From assembly GCA_000165345.1 (NCBI GenBank), contig CM000436.1:1216001-1280000 (forward strand): a stretch of DNA of 64,000 bases. The letters are read 5' to 3'. The position numbers were made by a program, and so were the translations under genes. Shown in pieces: positions 58,243 through 64,000 of this stretch (within the stretch, counting starts at the first letter, position 1; each line of letters begins with the position of its first letter). The notes below the pieces were generated by a model. It made no database searches and was not told where the DNA came from. It worked only from the letters and a program-made list of their open reading frames with translations.

Positions 58243-59010
58243 ATGGATTCGAAAAAAATAAAGAAACTAAACAAGAAAAAAGCAAAAGGAACTCTTGTAA
58301 ACACCTCTATTTATGTCCAAGGGCTTCCAAAAGATATAACTTTTGAAGAGATGAAATATTTTTTTGGTAGGGGAGGTATCATAAAAATTGACCCAACAAC
58401 TTTGTCTCCAAAGATTAAATTATACAATGATGAGCTTACCAAAGAATTTTCTGGAAATGCTTTAGTTGTTTATAAATATGAACAAAGTATTGAATTAGCT
58501 CTCAAGTACCTAAATGAAACCGAAATTAGACCTGGATTTAAAGTCAAAATTGAAAAGGCAATATTCAACAAGTCATCCAAATCAAATATTGCTCCATTAT
58601 CTGAAACTGAAATTAATAAAAAAAGAAAGCAACTAAAAGCAGCAGAAATGGAAGAGGAAAGACTTTTATCTTGGAGTAACGAACAACATTCACTAAATAG
58701 CAACATTGCTTCCAGAATAGTTGTTCTTAGACCAATGTATTCTAGAAAAGAAGCTGAAATGTACCCTGAGGGGGATGACTTCTACAGTGAACTAGAAATA
58801 GAAGTTCAGGAAGAGGTAACCAAATATTGTGAGGTAGTAAGTGTTACATGTATTCCTAGACATCCACAGGGAATTGTTTGTGTCAAATTAAAATCCCAAC
58901 ATGATGCTGAAATTGTTATCGATATTTTTAATCAAAGATACTTTGATGGCAGACAAATTGAAGTTCACATGTACGACGGAAGCACCGACTTCAAGGCATC
59001 TTGTATTTAG
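58243..59010 (+). CDS. HTATSF1: Tat-SF1 / Cus2-like splicing factor (RRM + UHM)
   Basis: TSIYVQGLPKDITFEEMKYFFGRGGII..KIKLYNDE..GNALVVYKYEQSIELALKYLNETEIRPGFKVKIEKA parallels Tat-SF1 RRM1 (TSVYVSGLPPDIT..KVKLYKD..GDGLCCYLKRESVELALKLLDEDEIRGYKLHVEVA). C-terminal RIVVLRPMY..CVKLKSQHDAEIVIDIFNQRYFDGRQIEVHMYDGSTDF matches the UHM (..SVSFRDPEEADYCIQTLDGRWFGGRQI..WDGTTDY). Confidence 0.7.
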   Translation: MDSKKIKKLNKKKAKGTLVNTSIYVQGLPKDITFEEMKYFFGRGGIIKIDPTTLSPKIKLYNDELTKEFSGNALVVYKYEQSIELALKYLNETEIRPGFKVKIEKAIFNKSSKSNIAPLSETEINKKRKQLKAAEMEEERLLSWSNEQHSLNSNIASRIVVLRPMYSRKEAEMYPEGDDFYSELEIEVQEEVTKYCEVVSVTCIPRHPQGIVCVKLKSQHDAEIVIDIFNQRYFDGRQIEVHMYDGSTDFKASCI

Positions 59011-59197
59011 CCTCCATACATTGTTGATTATTATAGTATTCATAATAGCTTTTTCATACCTAGCTTATCGCCATAAATAATTATTTAATGATATCTAAAT
59101 CACTTCCTACATATAGTAATATAAGAAATTATAGTTTTCGTTCATCAATCTTAAATAAGGAAAAACAATTTAGGAAATGTCAACACAGAAACCAAGA

Positions 59198-59208
59198 GCC
59201 CGCCAAAA
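59198..59208. promoter_or_regulatory. GCCCGCCAAAAG about 65 bp upstream of the p24-like gene
   Basis: Seen directly. Confidence 0.4.
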
Positions 59209-59272
59209 GCTACCAAGTGAGGAATTTTAGAGGTTGATTAACCTAAAGAAAAAAAATTTTAATAATAAAGAA

Positions 59273-60154
59273 ATGGAAATGAAGGGATTGCTGAAGGTGT
59301 GTGTTTATATTGTACTTTCTCTAGAACTTGTTGAGAAGTTATACTTGATCTCTGCAGGAAATATTTTAAAAACGAGACATGAAGAACCTGTTGTTAGAAG
59401 TACAGATACTCACTGGGATGACGAACATAGGTTAGAAAAGCCAACTATATCGGATCAAAGTATTGACGCAATTGATTTAGATCATATTTTTGATATTGAG
59501 GAGTCTGATAGCTCTCCTGAAGATATTAAAAAGGGTAACTTCTTACTTGAATGGCTTAGAGAAATGAAGACTTTCATACCGTCAAACCACTTTGTGTTCG
59601 ATCTCAATTCTAAAGCCGATGAGTACTTCTATTTTGAACTAGATGAAGCCAATCCATACATCCTACTTGGTTACTATTGTACTGACGACACCCAAGGTAG
59701 AATCCATGTCACAATCAATAACCCAGAATCAAAACGAATTTATAGTAGACACGGCTGTGAAGGAGTATACAATAATAAACCTCCAGAAGATGGTTCAGAT
59801 GATGGGAAAATGGACCACCGTATTAAGGGAACTTATACTGTCATTCTTTCTAATCACCGTTGGCATGATACTATTCGTATATCTCTACTTGTAGGTAATG
59901 ACTCAAAAAAAAATAAAGCTGTCGACAAAAAAAATGTAGATAAACTGACTTCAAAGCTAGAAAATGTTGATAATATCTTAAGTATAATAAATACAGAAAA
60001 CCAATATAATTGGGCTGCCACAAAAACCAACTTAAATATGATTTATAATGCAGACAGTCAACTTGTCTTTTATACTGCCATTCAAATCATTTCTGTAATT
60101 CTTGCCTCAGCTATCCAAATTTACTATCTTAAAACTATCCTAACCGGTAAATAA
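59273..60154 (+). CDS. p24/emp24-like cargo receptor (signal peptide, luminal GOLD-like region, C-terminal TM + short tail)
   Basis: Probable start MEMKGLLKVCVYIVLSLELV (signal peptide); the ORF is open from 59234. C-terminus ..ENQYNWAATKTNLNMIYNADSQLVFYTAIQIISVILASAIQIYYLKTILTGK resembles the p24 family coiled region plus TM and Q..Y.LK.FF tail. Longer than typical p24, so the assignment is tentative. Confidence 0.45.
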   Translation: MEMKGLLKVCVYIVLSLELVEKLYLISAGNILKTRHEEPVVRSTDTHWDDEHRLEKPTISDQSIDAIDLDHIFDIEESDSSPEDIKKGNFLLEWLREMKTFIPSNHFVFDLNSKADEYFYFELDEANPYILLGYYCTDDTQGRIHVTINNPESKRIYSRHGCEGVYNNKPPEDGSDDGKMDHRIKGTYTVILSNHRWHDTIRISLLVGNDSKKNKAVDKKNVDKLTSKLENVDNILSIINTENQYNWAATKTNLNMIYNADSQLVFYTAIQIISVILASAIQIYYLKTILTGK

Positions 60155-60372
60155 ACAACAAAACTTGAAGAAGAATTTGTCTATCCAAATTAGAAATAAA
60201 TTCTCTAATATATTTCAATTCTACCCCAAACCTAAACATGTTTAACTATAAATTACACACTAACTAATAGGTCTGAATTCAATTATTTTCATACTTTGCC
60301 TTAGTTTTATCTCTCTTACAAGCTTTTGGATCTTTTTTTTTGCAATATTTGATACCTAATAATTGCCTGGCC

Positions 60373-60384
60373 GTGGCGCCAAAA
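60373..60384. promoter_or_regulatory. GTGGCGCCAAAA about 115 bp upstream of the DIS3L2-like gene
   Basis: GGCGCC core at 60375-60380. Confidence 0.45.
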
Positions 60385-60495
60385 TGTCAGTTATTTGTGA
60401 GTAATGCTCAAAAAACGCGGTAATGTCCAAAATGCTAAAAAATTATGGAATGAATTAACAGATTAATTTATCTATATAGAATATTACTGAGGATT

Positions 60496-63400
60496 ATGTT
60501 GTTGAGAATGGCCAAACAAAATAGTTCTGTATGCAGCATTCCTCAGAATAAGGTTAAGTCTGCCATTTATAAAGGAGTTATTAGAGTCGCAAATCCTTTG
60601 GAAAGCTTTGTCACTGTAGATGATCAAGTAAATGGCCCGTTTGATATTTATATTTTTGGGCAAAAAGGTACAAAAGATGCAATTCATGGAGATACTGTAT
60701 TAGTGAAAGTTTCTGAGACTTTCCAAGGGAGGCTTACTAGGAGATTTAAAGAAAAGGCAAATAAAAAATCGCTACAGAGTAACCAGGAGGAACAGAAATA
60801 TGTTGCCTATACCTCCAATTCTAAAGAATTTAATGACCAATTTGAACATTTTAATAGTTTGGAAGATTCTAATTCTATAGATAATTGCAAAAAAGACAAT
60901 TTGGATAGCTCCCAGAAAAGCAAATATACGACAACAAATATAAATCGAGGTCTAAATAAAGAAAACATTAATACTGAAAATCATCCTGAACTATTAGCTG
61001 AGTCTAGCTCTCAATCAAAACATCCAATTCCAAAGTATGTTGGAACTATAATTAAAGTTGTTGAATCAGTTACAAAAAAGAGCCCAATAGTAGGTTTTAT
61101 CCGCCCTTTATCATACCTTGAAAGACTTGAGAAAGAGGCTAAAATGAAGAAGAATTCCAAAAAATCTGGAAAAAAACCTTCTTCTAAGTCTACTGAAGAA
61201 TTAAAAATTCAAAATTGCCTCAAAGTAATAGGTATCAATGACAATGAAGCGAAACTCAGAACTTTGGTATTTTCAAATTGTGCTGATATTAAAAAAAACA
61301 AACTTTGTTTCGTTCCTATTAAAAGAGTTTACCCAATAATGAGGTTAAATCTAAACAGAAATACTAAAGAATTCTTTGTCAAAAATAATATCATTCAAAA
61401 TCACAAAATACCTTGTAACTTGCTTTTTGGTGCTTCAATTAAAATATGTTCAAAAAGTGTAAACAAGAAATTGCAGATATCCAAGTTTTATGGATCTTGT
61501 AATAAATTTGAAACTATTTTTTCAAGCTTATTAGACTGCTATGATCTGGGTTCTCATGAGAAAATATATGATAAATATCAAAATACCCGAATTAATGTTT
61601 CAAAATCTTCTCAAGAATGGATGAAACAAAACAATCGAAGAGAGTTTGATTCAAAGGAATATAAAATCTTTACTATTGATCCACCAACTGCTAAAGATTT
61701 AGATGATGCAATACATATTAAATATGATAGTGAATTAATGATTTATGAAGTTGGAGTCCATATTGCCGATGTATATTACTATATGTTAAGACATAAAGAA
61801 TTACTTTCAAGTACAACAAAAGAGCTTTGTACAAGTGTATACCTTCCCCATACTAATTTTCCAATGCTTCCACGTGTATTTTCTAGTAATTTATGCTCTC
61901 TTCTTCCAAACCAAAAAAGGCCAACATTATCTGTAATTATCAAGGTTAACCAAAAAGGAGAAGTCATAGGAGAGCCAGAATTTGTTCATGGAATTATAAC
62001 ATCTACTGGAAAGTTTTCTTATGATGATGTTGATCAATTATTTGAAATTGTTGACCAAATTGATAAAAAAAACAAAAAGTCTAAATTGGACACGTTAAAA
62101 TATTGCCAAGACAGTAGAATTTCCCAAATTATGAAAAGGTCTACAGTAAAAGAAAATAATAGAATAAATATTGTACATGATTTATTGCTTTTAAGGACTT
62201 TAACTAGCATTATTCAAAACTCCAAAGATAGAAGTGACTCAATCAAGTTATTCAATGTTGATCCTTGTTTTAACTTTAAGAGTGAATTTCCTACCAATAT
62301 TACTGAACCATTTAATTTAGTTAAAAGTAATGATTCATTTAGCTCTATGAAATATAGCTCAATTATTCCAAATATAGAGTTAAAATTTGATATCCAAAGT
62401 CCAATACCAAATTCCTTGGAAAAAATTTCTCCAAAGAGAATCACAGTTTGTTATAATCACTCTATATCTCATTCTTTAATAGAAGAATTAATGCTACTAG
62501 CTAATAGAGTAACTGCTGAGTTCACTGTTAAGAACAGACCAGAATCAGGTTGTATTATCAGAATACATGATGAAATTGCAAATACAAAACTATATCAGTT
62601 GATTACTTATTTAAGAAAACATGGACTTAAGCATATATTTGAGGATAACATCAATAGAGAAAATATTGTTAATGGCCTATATAAACTTTATAAGGATTAT
62701 GGACCTCTTTATTACTGTACTGTAAGTGAAATGCTTCGAGATATTTTTAGTAGAGCCAGATATATGGTTTATAATAAAGATGCGCGAGATTCAAACATCC
62801 CAACTAATCACTTTGCTCTAAATATGAACTTATATACACATTTTACTTCTCCAATACGTAGAGCTGCTGATATCCTAGTACATCAAATGGTATATGATAT
62901 TTTGGATAATATGGAAAAGAGACCCGACAAGAAAAACAAACAAAATTCAAAGAATAATAATAATCAACTTATCTTCTCGGAAAATGATCATGTTATTATT
63001 TGCGATAACTCAAACATAAAATCAAATGCAAACAAAAATATGCAGAGAGACTCAAATAATATCTTTTTTTCCCAACTAATTTCAAAAATTCATGTCACTA
63101 TTCCAAGTATTGCTTGTATTCACAAGATCAATGCTAGTAATCTAAAGGTTCATTCTGTATTGCTTTATCCCACAGACTTCTATCAATTATTCCTTATTAG
63201 CTCAGATTCTTTTGCTAAAAACAATTCTCTGGTTTCCTTATTAAAATTGAATCCATCATTACCTATCAATATTAAATCTAAAGACAATAAAATCGAACTT
63301 TATTGGAAATTCAATCAGGATCGCTTAAAAGATACATTAAAAAAGCTAAAAACTTCAAAAAAATTGAATATCCTATCATACTTGGATATGATTAATAATC

Positions 63401-63591
63401 GAATGAATAATCAATTTCAACACAAATTAACTTTTAACCAAGAAAATAAACTAATTGTGCAAACTATTGGAATATGGTCATACCTCCCAGTTAATCTTAT
63501 CCCCACTACAACCCTACCTCCTAAGTTCATTGTTGTCCCAATGAATCCGCTAAGTCATTACTTTTATGAACAAATCTCAAATTTTAACTAG
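60496..63591 (+). CDS. RNB-domain 3'-5' exoribonuclease, DIS3L2/Ssd1-like (no PIN domain)
   Basis: RNB motifs FTIDPPTAKDLDDAIHI (catalytic Asp cluster intact), VHIADVYYYM, YLPHTNFPMLPRVFSSNLCSLLP, HFALNMNLYTHFTSPIRRAADILVHQ. N-terminal cold-shock-like region (DIYIFGQKGTKDAIHGDTVLVKV). 1031 codons uninterrupted. Confidence 0.8.
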   Translation: MLLRMAKQNSSVCSIPQNKVKSAIYKGVIRVANPLESFVTVDDQVNGPFDIYIFGQKGTKDAIHGDTVLVKVSETFQGRLTRRFKEKANKKSLQSNQEEQKYVAYTSNSKEFNDQFEHFNSLEDSNSIDNCKKDNLDSSQKSKYTTTNINRGLNKENINTENHPELLAESSSQSKHPIPKYVGTIIKVVESVTKKSPIVGFIRPLSYLERLEKEAKMKKNSKKSGKKPSSKSTEELKIQNCLKVIGINDNEAKLRTLVFSNCADIKKNKLCFVPIKRVYPIMRLNLNRNTKEFFVKNNIIQNHKIPCNLLFGASIKICSKSVNKKLQISKFYGSCNKFETIFSSLLDCYDLGSHEKIYDKYQNTRINVSKSSQEWMKQNNRREFDSKEYKIFTIDPPTAKDLDDAIHIKYDSELMIYEVGVHIADVYYYMLRHKELLSSTTKELCTSVYLPHTNFPMLPRVFSSNLCSLLPNQKRPTLSVIIKVNQKGEVIGEPEFVHGIITSTGKFSYDDVDQLFEIVDQIDKKNKKSKLDTLKYCQDSRISQIMKRSTVKENNRINIVHDLLLLRTLTSIIQNSKDRSDSIKLFNVDPCFNFKSEFPTNITEPFNLVKSNDSFSSMKYSSIIPNIELKFDIQSPIPNSLEKISPKRITVCYNHSISHSLIEELMLLANRVTAEFTVKNRPESGCIIRIHDEIANTKLYQLITYLRKHGLKHIFEDNINRENIVNGLYKLYKDYGPLYYCTVSEMLRDIFSRARYMVYNKDARDSNIPTNHFALNMNLYTHFTSPIRRAADILVHQMVYDILDNMEKRPDKKNKQNSKNNNNQLIFSENDHVIICDNSNIKSNANKNMQRDSNNIFFSQLISKIHVTIPSIACIHKINASNLKVHSVLLYPTDFYQLFLISSDSFAKNNSLVSLLKLNPSLPINIKSKDNKIELYWKFNQDRLKDTLKKLKTSKKLNILSYLDMINNRMNNQFQHKLTFNQENKLIVQTIGIWSYLPVNLIPTTTLPPKFIVVPMNPLSHYFYEQISNFN

Positions 63592-63648
63592 TACTAAATT
63601 GAATCTTCATATATTACAAATCTGTCCGCATTTTACATTTTGCAAAAT

Positions 63649-63676
63649 CCCCGCCTAACCCACTACAGTGGCGCCC
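63649..63676. promoter_or_regulatory. CCCCGCCTAACC plus GTGGCGCCC, about 190-215 bp upstream of gene 63866
   Basis: CCCGCCTAA word (4th copy in the window) and a GGCGCC core at 63670-63675. Confidence 0.4.
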
Positions 63677-63865
63677 TAGTTTTAAGCGCCAGGCATGTAA
63701 AAGAAGTTCGTATTGACGTAAATAAAGTTGGGAAGGATTTGAAAATAGACAATAAAAAAAAAAAAGTATATATAGTTATATAATACGTTGTGCAAACCTT
63801 TGATAATATTTCATTATATATAGGGAGAACTAGCTTTATAGAGAATTTTTGAAAGTTATATTGAA

Positions 63866-64000
63866 ATGACTGTGAATCCCGCATTTATTCCAAAGGAATT
63901 AACAGATGTTTATGCACCTGGAAATTATGACTCAAATTGCAGTATTTTAGCATGCAACTTCCCTACAGGAACAAGCGTAGAAGAATGCTCAAATTTCATG
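63866..64000 (+). CDS. 5' end of a gene continuing beyond the window (Cys-containing N-terminus)
   Basis: ATG at 63866 then MTVNPAFIPKELTDVYAPGNYDSNCSILACNFPTGTSVEECSNFM.., open to the window end. E2F-like motifs 190-220 bp upstream. Confidence 0.35.
   Translation, partial: MTVNPAFIPKELTDVYAPGNYDSNCSILACNFPTGTSVEECSNFM

Noticed and set aside
63663-63884. 73-aa minus-strand ORF across the promoter of the last gene
   Set aside because: It covers the CCCGCCTAA/GGCGCC motifs and the plus-strand ATG at 63866. Chance ORF.

Overview
This is a 64 kb AT-rich nuclear region (about 70% A+T) from a eukaryote that uses the standard genetic code, since all three stop codons end long ORFs. It is gene-dense: about 34 protein-coding genes on both strands and 2 tRNA genes. 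Most genes are single-exon. About 8 carry short GT-AG introns of 50-250 nt, with GTAAGT donors and T-rich ..AG or TTTCAG acceptors, so several true gene models are longer than the raw ORFs. I rebuilt UTP23, an AP-complex sigma subunit, TRAPPC2/sedlin, a DHHC palmitoyltransferase and one secreted protein by eye from protein homology.

Recognisable products: a mid-SUN-domain membrane protein; PAN2 deadenylase (1936 aa, expanded); a WD40 protein; a J-domain protein; a trehalose-6-phosphate synthase/phosphatase fusion; a RecQ helicase; a CLU/TPR-like protein; RagC/D GTPase; a Utp12-domain acidic protein; a CBM20 starch-binding protein; an alveolin-repeat cytoskeletal protein; a GSKIP-domain protein; a MEK-like MAP kinase kinase; Tat-SF1/Cus2; a p24/emp24-like protein; and a DIS3L2-like RNB exonuclease. 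Many proteins carry homopolymer or low-complexity insertions (S, Q, G, N, H).

The alveolin, CBM20/amylopectin and trehalose genes, the compact gene layout and the promoter motif set point to an apicomplexan-type alveolate, most compatible with a Cryptosporidium-like genome. This is inference only.

The strongest non-coding signal is a recurrent GC-rich E2F/DP-like motif family in nearly every promoter region: the palindrome TTTGGCGCCAAA plus TTTTGGCGGGAAA and TTTCCCGCCTAAA variants. Two further palindromic promoter words recur, TGCATGCA and ATACCGGTAT. Leaders upstream of start codons are purine-rich on the coding strand. There are no prokaryotic features and no CRISPR or mobile elements.
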